Shown here one piece after another: positions 40,335-50,319 of a stretch of 64,000 bases of DNA (positions within the stretch are counted from its first letter, which is position 1; every line of letters starts with the position of its first letter). The DNA comes from an uncultured delta proteobacterium (GTDB taxonomy: Bacteria > Desulfobacterota > RBG-13-43-22), in NCBI GenBank assembly GCA_963843145.1, contig CAWJJC010000010.1, positions 1 through 64,000 of the forward strand, written 5' to 3'. Below the pieces are notes generated by a model. The model was not told where the DNA came from. It saw nothing but the letters and a program-made list of their open reading frames with translations, and did not search any database. Position numbers and translations under genes: made by a program.

Positions 40335-42751
40335 TTATCTTGTTAAGTTAAGTTTGTGTTCTAATATGTTGGCAAGGTCTAAAGGACTTATCCGCTGATG
40401 TCGCAGAGGGGGTTGGTCAAACAGGTCGAAAACCTGGCCGTCCACGCCCAAGGAATCAAAAGCCCCGCATTTAATCAGGCCTTTCACCACCCATTGGTTT
40501 AGCCGGCACAGCTCATCCCGCTTACAAAAATCGATCAGAGACTTAAAGGCGTCCCCTTTGTCCCTGGCCTCCAGGATGGATTCGATAGCACCTTCCCCCA
40601 GATTTTTTACCGCTGCCAATCCAAAACGGATTTTGTCTTCCACTAGAGTAAAATCCAGTTGACTCAAGTTGACATCCGGGGGCAGTACCACGATCCCCTT
40701 CTCTTGGCATTCAGCAATACACTTGGCGACTTCTGTGGAAGTTCCCATTTTATTGGCCATGAGGGCGATCATAAAATCCAACGGGTAATGGGCCTTTAAA
40801 TAGGCGGTTTGATAGGTGATCAAGGCATAGGCGGCACTGTGGGACTTATTAAATCCATAGTGTGAGAAGGTTACCATATGACCAAAAATAGCCTCAGCCT
40901 TTTTCTGATCAATTTTTTTCTTCCTGGCCCCTTCCAGAAAACGGGTCCTTTGCCGCGCCATGACCTCCGGGATCCTCTTCACCTATATCCTTTCGCAGGG
41001 TATTGGCCTCTTCCATGGAATAATCGGCCAGGAGACTTGCGATTTGCATGAGCTGCTCCTGATAGACAATAATCCCAAAGGTCTCCTTGAGGATCCCTTT
41101 CAACAGGGGATGAAGATATTCGACCGGCACTTCTCTGCGTTTTCTTTTGATATAATTTTCCACCATGCCACTCTCTAACGGTCCAGTCCGGTACATAGCT
41201 TTGAGGGCAATGAGGTCTTCAAATTTTTCGGGCTTGCTTTTGATCAGCAGGTCTTTCATGCCGGAACTTTCCATCTGAAAGACCCCGGTAGTATCTCCCC
41301 GAGCCAGGAGATTATAGGTGAGGGGATCATCCAGGGGGATCAGCTTTAGATCGATTTTTAGACCGTGGGTCTGTTCAATGGTCTTGAGGAGATATTTGAT
41401 GATGGTCAGATTGTTGAGACTCAGAAGATCGAATTTGATCAACCCCATTTCCTGGACCGAATTCATTCCAAACTGGGTCAGGGCCTCCCCCTTGTGCTGT
41501 TTGTATAAGGGGACGCTATCGGCGATCGGATGGGGGGAAATCACCACTCCGCCAGCAAGGGGGCCATTATACATGGGTAAGCCCTCCAGGGCCTCGGAAA
41601 TTGTCAATAGTTCATGGATAGTCGGATCCGTGTCTTTGAGTTCCTTGAGCCTGGGTTCTTCCCTTAAGGCCTCGAATAAGAAGATATGATGGGAGGGAAT
41701 CAAATCGGCAATCTTATCGACTTTTTCTTGTGGGATATTTAATGCCTGGCCCACAAGCCTAATGACCCATTTTAGGGGCATTTTCTCGAAGGTGATGATC
41801 TTGGCCACATATTCCTGACCGTATTTCTCGGTGATATATTTAATGACTTCATCCCGGCGTTCCAGGCAAAAGTCGACATCGATATCCGGGAGTCCATTGC
41901 TTTCGATGCTGAGAAACCTTTCAAAAAGGAGATTGTAGCCGAGGGGATCAATATCGGTGATGCCGAGGGAATAAGCCACCAGACACCCGGCCACGGAAGC
42001 CCGGCCCGGTCCGACCGGAATCCCCTGGGCCTTGGCATAGTTGACATAATCAGCCACAACTAAAAAATAGCCGGAAAACCCCTTCGAAGCAATAAGGGTG
42101 AGTTCTCTTTCTAGCCGGTCCTGGTACTCTTTAACCCGGGAGGCCGGGAAGGCGGGGTCCAATTGGGTCTTTAAGGCCAACCGTTGTTCTAAACCGCTCT
42201 GGGCCTCTTTTTTGAGACGGCCATCGATAGTCTCTTCCGCAGCCAGGGGATAGCGAGGAATATGGAAATGGCCGAAGGTCAATTCGAGATTACAACGATC
42301 AGCGATATGGAGGGTATTTTCAATGGCCTCCGGGAGATCTGAAAAAAGGGTTATCATATCCTCCGGCGACTTGAAATACTCTTGGTCGGTGAAAAAGCGA
42401 AACCGGTTGGGATCACCTAAAGTCTTCCTGGTCTCGATGCACATCAAGACCTCATGAGACTTGGCCTCTTCCTGAGTCAAATAGTGACAGTCGTTGGTGG
42501 CCACAATGGGGAGACCCAGGTCCCGGTGAATTTCCAGCAGACCCTGATTAACCAGGTCCTGTTCCGGAATATCGTTTTTTTGGAGTTCGAGATAAAACCG
42601 GTTCTGATCGAAAATCTCAGCCATTTCCCGGGAAATATCCAATGCCCGGTCTTTATCGCCTTTGAGCAGGGCAGAAGGAATCTCCCCATAAAGGCAGCCC
42701 GAAAGGGCGATCAAGCCTTCGTGATGTTCCTGCAAAAGCTCCCGGTCGACC
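40335..42751 (-). pseudogene. dnaE: Divergent DNA polymerase III alpha (DnaE) copy; 5' end cut by IS21-like element, frameshift near 40980, short C-terminus
   Basis: LIALSGCL.GEI, ATNDCHY, LFERF, PDIDVDF, GVFQMES, YGFNKSHSAAY; lacks the start of the PHP domain and the OB/CTD. Confidence 0.88.
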
Positions 42752-42920
42752 TATTATCACCGATTTAAAAACCTACCAAACCCACCGGTAGAGAAACCGG
42801 CCAGGGGATGGTGAGGGCGGTATTCAGCGCCGTGGGCTCAGCCGAAGAGCGAACCGCCGGGTTATCGGGGTCATCCGAGATCAGGAATCTACCCGATTAT
42901 TTATTTTCATAATTTAAGGC

Positions 42921-43661
42921 TCAGGATTTAATTTTTCTTCGATAGCTGGACCCTCCTAAGATAAGGACCTCCGAGTTACAAACGAGACGGTCGGCTATCG
43001 CCGTGGCGGCCGTGGTGGAATCGAAGATATTTCCCCAGTCAGCAAACGGAAGGTTCGTAGTCAGCGCAGTGGACTTGACCTCATGCCTTTGGCTGATGAC
43101 CTGGAAGAACAGGTTCGACCCTTGGGGGCCCAGCGGTAGATACCCGATCTCGTCGATGGCCAGGAGGTCCGGGGTTTGATACTCATGGAGCTTGCGGACC
43201 AAGGAATGATCGGCCTCGGCGGCGGTGAGTTGATTGATCATATCCATGGCCGTGGTGAAACGGCATTTGATGTTGGCATTACAGGCGGCAAAGACCAGGG
43301 CCTTGGCCAGGAAGGTTTTACCGGTGCCGGGATTGCCGATGAAAAGGACATCCCGGCGTTGGGCGATGAAGTCCAGGGAGAAGAGGTTGAGGATCTGGGT
43401 TTTCTGGTCCAGCCGGGATTTATGATGATGGAAGTCGAACTGGTCCAGGGTGGGTTTATCGACCAGGCGGGACTGACGATAACGTGAGGTGATGGCCGTC
43501 TGCCGGCGGGCTTCCAGTTCGTGGTCGGCCAAGCGGTGGAGGGGGTCCACCCCGTTGAGATTTTTCTGAGCGGCCTGGTCCAGGACCAGGTCCAGGTGTT
43601 GGGCCATGGTTTTCAGCCGGAGCCGGATCAGTTTTTCCTTGAGGTCTTCCAGGTCGGGCAT
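42921..43661 (-). CDS. istB: IS21 helper ATPase IstB
   Basis: GNPGTGKTFLA, LLAIDEIGY, TTNLPFADW, AIADRL. Confidence 0.95.
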   Translation of the reverse strand: MPDLEDLKEKLIRLRLKTMAQHLDLVLDQAAQKNLNGVDPLHRLADHELEARRQTAITSRYRQSRLVDKPTLDQFDFHHHKSRLDQKTQILNLFSLDFIAQRRDVLFIGNPGTGKTFLAKALVFAACNANIKCRFTTAMDMINQLTAAEADHSLVRKLHEYQTPDLLAIDEIGYLPLGPQGSNLFFQVISQRHEVKSTALTTNLPFADWGNIFDSTTAATAIADRLVCNSEVLILGGSSYRRKIKS

Positions 43662-43663
43662 GG

Positions 43664-45132
43664 TTACTCCTTGCGCTTCAAGATATAGGCGTCATACTCG
43701 GCCAGGAGGGGCTCCTCCAGACGGATGCGGTTTAAGTCCTCCCTTTTCAGGTGCACCGGGGGATGGATTTTTTTAGGGTGCTTTTCCTGGTGGAGGATAT
43801 TTTGCACATAAGCAGCGCCATAGGCGTTATGGGCGTTGGCCCGCGAAAGTGCCTGGATTAAATCGGCGGTCCCGTATTGATCGTGGAGGGCCAGGAGTTT
43901 AGCCAGATTTTTTTTGATCGGCTGTCCGGTCCGGTTCAGGCCCTCCAGGAAGGCCTGGGCTTCCTCACCGAAGGAGATGAAACGGGAGACCTCCACGGCC
44001 AGCCATTCCTGGGGTCGGCGTTTCCAGGCCGCCTCGCGGTGGGCCGGGAGCTCGATCCGTTGTTTCTTCTCCCAGCAGCGGGTATGGGTGGCCAGGACCT
44101 TTTCCCGGAGATAGACGGTGACGGTGTGGGTATCGGCCTTGACGATGACCGGTTTGCCGACGGCCCAGGGAGGAACCGAGTAGCTGTTGCCGTCGAAGCG
44201 GAAGGCGAAGTCGGCCTGGACCTTGACCGAGAGGGTTTCCCGGCAGTCGGGCAAGAAGTCCGGTAAGGGTTGCAGGGCCTCGGGCTTGAAGCGATCCTTC
44301 GGGGCCGTTCGCCGGTGGTGTTGTGGATGCGGCTATTGGCCTGGGTGTCCAGCCAGTGCCGGAACTGCTGATTGACATCCGTAAGATCGGTAAAGGACCG
44401 CAGGGGCCAGAAGTTGTGGCGGATGTAGTGGATGCCCCCTTTTTCGATCTTGCCTTTTTCCTGGGGCTGATAAGGATGGCAGGCCCGGGGCACGATCCGG
44501 AAGGGTCTGAGAAACTCCAGGAAGGCCTCGTTAAAGCGGATGAGGGACCCCTCCCGTTCGGTGACGGCGGTGCCCATGTTGTCGACTACCAGTTCCGAAC
44601 AGACGCCTCCAAAGAAGAGAAAGGCGTTCAACAGGGCCTGCTGGAGGGCCTCCTGCTTCTGGGAGTGGGTGAACTCCCCGTAAAGCAGCCGGCTATGCGC
44701 TTCAATAATCGCCAAGCAGTAAAGCTTCCGGGTAGTCTTCCCGTAGAGCAGGGAGCCGAAGTGGCCCCAGTCCACTTGAAACTGTTTTCCCGGAGCCGAT
44801 TCGAAGCGGATATAGGCCCGTTTTTCTTTCGGCCGGATCTCGTGCAGGTAATCCCGGAGGATGGAGGTCTTCCCGGTATAGCCCTGGGGGATCAACCGTT
44901 GGAATAAAACCGTACTGCTGACCGTGGGGTCCTTTTCCAGCAACCGCCGGATCTCCTCCCGGAAGGGGTCCAGCTTGCTGGCCCGGACGATCACCGGCTT
45001 GGGCGGGTTGGGCTGATCCAGGTATCTTTTGACGCTGTCCCGGCTGAGCTTCAGGGTCCGGGCGATTTTGCGGATCCCATAGCCTTCATGGAACAACCGA
45101 TGGATCTCGAAGACGGTGCGGCGGTCGATCAT
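43664..45132 (-). CDS. istA: IS21 transposase IstA (frameshift near 44290)
   Basis: HTH, RFESAPGKQFQVDWG, VVDN, KGKIE, NSYSVP. Confidence 0.92.
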
Positions 45133-45440
45133 GCGGGCCTCCTTTCCGGCAAGGACAAGACCTGGAACAGGGGCTCCTGAAAGGCCACCAGGTCCCGGGT
45201 GATCAAGCCATTGAGGGCCCGCCGGTATTGTTCCGGACTCAGTTGCAACCGGGAGCCAATGGTCTCCGGGCGGTAATACGAAAGTCCCTGCTCATCGGCG
45301 GCCAGGACCAGGAAAAAATAGAGCAGCAGTTCCTCCGGACTCAGGTACTTAATCCAACCCCGGAAGCGATGTTCGATAAAGGCGAAGCTGCCGTCGATTT
45401 TTCGTATCCGGCGGGGGTTCAAGAGTTTTTTCTGGATCAT
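45129..45440 (-). CDS. Small winged-helix-like protein inside IS21-like element
   Basis: RIRKIDGSFAFIEHRF, LLYFFLVLAADEQGLSYY, FQVLSL; ATGA-coupled to istA. Confidence 0.75.
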   Translation of the reverse strand: MIQKKLLNPRRIRKIDGSFAFIEHRFRGWIKYLSPEELLLYFFLVLAADEQGLSYYRPETIGSRLQLSPEQYRRALNGLITRDLVAFQEPLFQVLSLPERRPA

Positions 45441-45489
45441 GGGCGCCTCCCGATGTTTTGGAGGCATCGATTAAAAGAACTCGCATCAT

Positions 45490-45953
45490 TTAAAGTCTAT
45501 CGAGTCCTCTTTTGCAATATGGACCCCGTGGTGCCAACTGGCTGGAATAATGAAGATTTTTTGGCGCTAACGCATCCATCTTTGCAAGGGCGGGAGCAAT
45601 AAAATAAGTTCCTGAGCTTATAAAAGAAAGAGGCTTGAACGCGTCCATCTTTGCAAGATTCGTTAACCGGCGTTTTCGGTCCGGACTTTTCTGTTTCGGC
45701 CGTTGTTGCGTTTGCACATAGGACGGGGTGTCGGTGACCGATAGTTCTTCCAATAGTCGGGATGGTGTTTCAGCCAGTTCTTTTGGGCATCCCGATGGTC
45801 GGCCTGGTAGTCTGGATCTTGGCGAACTTTTCCCGTTGCCAGAGGGTTTTCCGGGCTCTGCTGGCATTCCGGTCGGTTACAATACTGCTGGTTCTTTATC
45901 CGGGGATTCGGAAGAAAAAAAGATTGGCAATGCCGACATTGATTCCGGTCCAT
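45490..45953 (-). CDS. Cys-rich (CxxC...CxxxxC) hypothetical protein inside IS21-like element (frameshifted)
   Basis: CRHC..F.PNPR...Q.YC....CQ, DPDY, HPDYW..YR, repeated AKMDA. Confidence 0.7.
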
Positions 45954-46137
45954 GGCTTCCCTCCCGGGGAAACCATAAATCGGACATCGATTCTCTGAAA
46001 CGGAAGAAAATTAAAAAAATGGAGGATGGTCGGAGAAGAAAAAGGAAGAAAATAGATCCCTGGCCGGGTTCTACTCCGGTGGCCCTGGACTACTTCTTAA
46101 CCGAAGTAAATGGTAGGCTTACTGACTGGTGATGATA

Positions 46138-47014
46138 CCCTTAAGGATTTTGGCTTGAATCCAAAAAACCTGGGAGCGGAAATCGGCCTGACCATGGTCT
46201 TGCATACGAACAGCCGAAAACTGGACTTCCATCCGCATGTTCATGCGGTGATACCCGGCGAAGGTGTCGATAAAAAAAGGCGCCAGTGGAAAAAGAAAAA
46301 AAGCCAGTATCTGTTTAACGTTAAGGCCGATGGCTAAAGTTTTTCGGGCCAGGTTCCTGGCCGCTTTGAATGAGGCCAGGCTTTCCATCCCCGGAAGCGT
46401 TTCCGGAGAATGGGTCGTTGACTGCTCTCATGTGGGAAAGGGGATCAGCGCCCTGAAATATTTATCCCGATATCTATACCGCGGGGTTATCAGTGAAAAA
46501 AATATCATCTCAAATCAGAATGGCCAAATCACCTTTCGATATATTCAAAGTAAAACCGGTAAAACTCAATACCGCACCCTTAAAGGAGAAGATTCTTTGT
46601 TTCTCATCCTGCAGCATGTCCTGCCCAAGGGATTTCGGCGGGTCAGGGACTATGGGTTTCTCCATAGCAACGCCAAGAAACTGCTGATGGTTGTCCAATT
46701 GATTTTGCGGGTTTTTCTTGAAGTTGTCAAAGAGCGGCCAAGACCTGTTTTTAAGTGTTCCTGCTGTTAAACCCCACTGATAATTCTTGGTTTTCGTTAT
46801 CCTGCATTGGAATCAGGGTAACTGACCTTTGTGGCTAAGGCTGGCATAACCTTTCATCATGAGGTTTCAAAACTATACGAAATAATTCAGTTTTTTATTA
46901 AGCATGTTAAATGCTAAGGTACCTCTACGTCCTGAAAAAGGCGCATCGCGTTAAAGCTTCTCTTAAAACTCCTTCTCAAAAAAGATATTTTCTTTATATA
47001 AAGTAATCGGGCTC
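46138..47014 (+). mobile_element. IS91-family (HUH/Y2) transposase 3' remnant and right end
   Basis: VLHT..FHPHVH HUH motif, YLSRY, QHVLPKGFRRVRDYG, C-terminal CxxC; element abuts GTTC at 47015. Confidence 0.85.
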
Positions 47015-47079
47015 GTTCAACCAAACGGCATAATATTGTGGTTCGCTTCGCTCTCACAATCTATCCTTATTCGTTGGGC
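47015..47079 (-). other. attC-like site (cassette 3)
   Basis: Minus strand GCCCAAC..ATTGTGAGAGCGAAGCGAACCACAAT..GTTGAAC, 65 bp. Confidence 0.7.
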
Positions 47080-47287
47080 AATGATCTAAGAGAGTTTAGT
47101 CACCTATGGAGCAATAATGTCCGGGTTAGGGTTTTGCATAAACGGTTAAGAAGTTTTGGTCATCGTAGTTGTTTGGTTTTGGTGAAAAATAATTTCCCTC
47201 CAGGTCGAAGATGTTACTTGACAAATCAGGTATTTAGCGGGCCGATTTTCCGTAACCATCTGATATTACGGAGGATCTATTCATGCC

Positions 47288-47858
47288 CTACACGTGGATA
47301 CCTGGGAGACCAAAGAAAAAACACAAGGCCCACGACAACCTTATGACACCTGTCAACCACCTATTGCCCGATATCACTCCTTTGCTCTCGGGATGCAACT
47401 GTCCTAGTAGGCCCAACCTTCCAAATAGATCATTTATGACCTTTCGATCTAAAACATATGTCTTCAACTCGAATGCTGCAACGAATTTATAATTGTCGTC
47501 CCCTGAGACTGATATGACTGCGATATCCGTCCTTTGATGAATGCCGCCAAAAAACTTTTCTATATCTATATCGTGTGTGGGAATGAACTTCTGAGAACGG
47601 AAGCGGCGTGTATCTTTTGTATTCTCTTCATCATCGAAAGTTATCCCTGTCCGGCGTTCTATGCTTTTCAAAATGTATCGAAAGAAAATATATTCCGATA
47701 AGCCGGTAAAACCGGAGGAAATACCCATTCGTTTCTTTAAGCTCTTTCCACCAATCCCAATACATTTGAATAAGTGCTTTTTCCGCAGCATCGTCCTCAA
47801 GGCATTTTTCGATATGCTGATCTAAAAGATCAAAAACCTCGATCTCGATGCCCTTCAT
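47288..47858 (-). CDS. Cassette gene: PD-(D/E)XK restriction-endonuclease-like protein (frameshifted)
   Basis: ATG 16 bp after attC core; G..SEY..., TDIAVI...AFELK; split over ORFs 47631..47858 and 47288..47800. Confidence 0.55.
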
Positions 47859-47874
47859 AAAACCCCTTCGCAGT

Positions 47875-47936
47875 TATCAACGCCATGGCTGACTTGCCGC
47901 CGCTTTTTGGCGGTCAAGTCCAGCCGCTTGTTAGGC
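47875..47936 (-). other. attC site (cassette 2)
   Basis: Minus strand GCCTAAC..GGCTGGACTTGACCGCC..GGCGGCAAGTCAGCC..GTTGATA; upstream gene's TAA lies inside GCCTAAC. Confidence 0.85.
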
Positions 47937-48792
47937 GGCGTTCTCCGCGATCAAACGTTTCGCCCAGTCCACCGCTTCTGGGTAATCGTGCGTATCAAGA
48001 ACGAACTCCTGTCCACGCGCCACACTCTGAAGATACACATAATTCTGATCGAGTTGCCACTGCAGGGGTTGGAGTGATAGCTTAGCCCTGATCCCCTTTC
48101 CGAAGGGTGAAACCACTTTGGTAGCCTCCAAAAACTGCGATTCGACGCTGGAGCTGTCAAAACCAACTGGTCAGCAACGGACGGAAGGTCCCCGCAGCAT
48201 AAGCTGTGTCGGTTCCAGCTGCGACATAGATTGTGTTGGTAGACCCGTAGTTTGCGGCAACGTGAGGATGCATGCTCGCCCAATCGGGGACACTGTATGA
48301 ATCTTTCCCCAACCGCCACATATCACCGACCTCAAGCCAGCCAAAGAAAATGTGGAGATCTGGAGCAGCGGGCCTGAAGCGAAACCGACCACTATGTTGT
48401 TCGACCTCCCGGAACCAGCCGAAGAACAGAAAGATCTCGCCTGATCCAACACCGTGCTTGTCGAGATGCCGCTGGGCTGCATCCGCCTGCCCGAAAAGCG
48501 GTCGCCATCCTGGTTTGCGCGGAAGCGAGTCCATTCTGAGATCCGGATCAAGATGAACAGGATCACTCGCCTTCACGGGGCGGCTACGCCGGACAGTCAG
48601 GTCTTCCACGATCGCACCGATCCGTTGATCCCCGCCAATGTCCGAAAAGTTAACGCGTGCGTGGTCTGGTGGCGGTGGCGAAACAAACCCATGTGGTATC
48701 GGCAAGGACACAAAAGAGCCGTCCTCGAAGATAGGGCTTGCGCACCCACCGAACGAGGAGTCAAATCCCTTTCGACTCAGGATTAGCTTCAT
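47931..48792 (-). CDS. Cassette gene: Nmad3 (nucleotide-modification-associated domain 3) protein, two apparent frameshifts
   Basis: MKLILSRKGFDS..GG..SPI, HLDPDL, LFGQ, FLFFGWFR, HPH, then LSYH and RGQEFV in shifted frames. Confidence 0.82.
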
Positions 48793-48803
48793 TGATAGGA
48801 TCC

Positions 48804-48868
48804 GTGTAACGCCGGGTATCAGCGGGAGCCCGCACTATGAGTGATCCACTGCATGCCCGGTGTTAGGT
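48804..48868 (-). other. attC site (cassette 1)
   Basis: Minus strand ACCTAACACCGGGCATGCAGTGGA..CCGCTGATACCCGGCGTTACAC, 65 bp. Confidence 0.85.
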
Positions 48869-49143
48869 GTCGCATTGTTTCTTTCGTTGTAAAGCATATA
48901 ACGCTTCAAAGTACCCGGACGATTTTGCATAATTGAAGATTCAAGGCCATACCGCTCCGATATCCTTTTCAACAATTACTCAAATTGAGTTCGGAAGATA
49001 TAATGTTGACTTTCGAGGTAAAAGCCAATATCGTGGGTCTCCCTGTTTAACCCAGTTGTCGCTAAGGCTTCCTCCTCTGGTGCCCACTGAGATTTACAGA
49101 TGACATTTTCATATTGAGCCTCCGCTATAGGATCTGTAAACAT
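48863..49143 (-). pseudogene. First cassette ORF, broken, unknown function
   Basis: GGAGG RBS + ATG at 49143; a different frame ends with TAA inside the attC ACCTAAC. Confidence 0.4.
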
Positions 49144-49278
49144 ATTTATTCCTCCATAACTCCCACAGTTGAAGGTTGCCAACAAGAAAACTTGATTATT
49201 TTACCTTATTCTTCCTATATTTTAATTGCCAAAAAGTCAATAAATTTCAAATCCCTTTCATTCCACTATATCTCCAGC

Positions 49279-50208
49279 CTATTTTTTGTGCCTTTTTAAT
49301 GCCGTTTCTAAATCCTTCTGCAAGGTCGATTTCAACTCCTTTGGTGAAACCACTTCCACATTAGGCAACCAACTATAAATCCAGTGAGTTATCCCCTCCA
49401 GACCGTTTACCCTGAATCGGAGTTCCAGTCGTCCATCTTTAAGATCTCGTTCCTTTTGGCTCCCGTGCCACTTTTTCCTTTGGATATAAGGTTTGCATCC
49501 CTTGTCAAATCTTAAAACCACTTCGACTGGTTCTCCGTCCACTACCGTTCCAAAAGCCCCCGAGAGTTCTTCCTCCGGGGCAATATCCCTGGGGACGAAA
49601 TGTTCCTCCAAAAGCTTTAGAGAGATAATCCGGTCCAAGGCAAAAGTCCTGACTTCCTCTCTGAGATGGCAATATCCTCGAAAGTACCAAAATTCCTCAT
49701 CGAAGAAAAGATAGTAGGGATCAACTTTTCTGGTATTTTTTTGATCGGAGGAAAGTGTCCGATAAATCATTTTGAGTTTCTGAAAATTCATGATGGCCTT
49801 ATGAATAAGACTGATGTGGCCGGTCACCTCCTTCGGAAGCTCTTTTCCTGAAAGGACAATGTGCCGGGGAATATCCGTTTTTTTGACCGTAAGCTTCTCT
49901 TCAATCCGCTTTAAACTATCCTCCCAGCCACTCCCCATCCTGCCCATCATTTTCCTGGAAATACCCAGGGCCAGGGTCTCTTCCATCGAAAGATTCGGTT
50001 TTTTTAAACCGTAGCCCTCCGTAAAGCCATAACCCCCTTTCTCTTTATCCAAGACAATCGGAAATCCGGCCACCTGAAGGGTGTTAAGATAACGGAAGAC
50101 GGTCCTCTCACTAACTCCAAGGTCTTCTTTCAAAGACTCAACGGTAACCTTTTCCTGGCTGTCGAGTTTATTCAGGATCATCATCAGAGAATCGAATTTA
50201 TAGGACAT
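49279..50208 (-). CDS. HTH-WYL-WCX transcriptional regulator (YafY/PafC/BrxR-like)
   Basis: LGVSERTVFRYL wHTH; RKVDPY, WYFRGYCHLREEVRTFALDRI; VEVVSPKEL. Confidence 0.93.
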   Translation of the reverse strand: MSYKFDSLMMILNKLDSQEKVTVESLKEDLGVSERTVFRYLNTLQVAGFPIVLDKEKGGYGFTEGYGLKKPNLSMEETLALGISRKMMGRMGSGWEDSLKRIEEKLTVKKTDIPRHIVLSGKELPKEVTGHISLIHKAIMNFQKLKMIYRTLSSDQKNTRKVDPYYLFFDEEFWYFRGYCHLREEVRTFALDRIISLKLLEEHFVPRDIAPEEELSGAFGTVVDGEPVEVVLRFDKGCKPYIQRKKWHGSQKERDLKDGRLELRFRVNGLEGITHWIYSWLPNVEVVSPKELKSTLQKDLETALKRHKK

Positions 50209-50319
50209 CTTTCCACCTCTTATTAATGATCTCAAGAAAGAATCAACATCGAATCACTGAATTCCGGGTCAAGCCCGGAATGACTAAAAATGGTTTATCA
50301 ACTTTTTGCTATTCCGTAA

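Larger units (their letters stand above)
42752..46137 (-). mobile_element. IS21-family element with two extra upstream ORFs
   Basis: Imperfect terminal IRs TATTATCACC..CCTACCA / TATCATCACC..CCTACCA, subterminal CCACCGG...CCGGCCAGGG repeats, istA/istB inside; no target duplication. Confidence 0.85.

Noticed and set aside
40335-42751. ImuABC/DnaE2 mutasome
   Set aside because: No imuA/imuB nearby, and motifs (YGFNKSH) are DnaE1-like rather than DnaE2-like
44254-44320. Programmed translational frameshift in istA
   Set aside because: No slippery heptamer seen, and similar indels occur in many unrelated genes, so sequencing error is more likely
49145-49278. attI site upstream of cassette 1
   Set aside because: GTT-containing candidates exist (GTTGGCA, GTTATGG), but attI has no reliable consensus and no integrase is adjacent; cannot be supported
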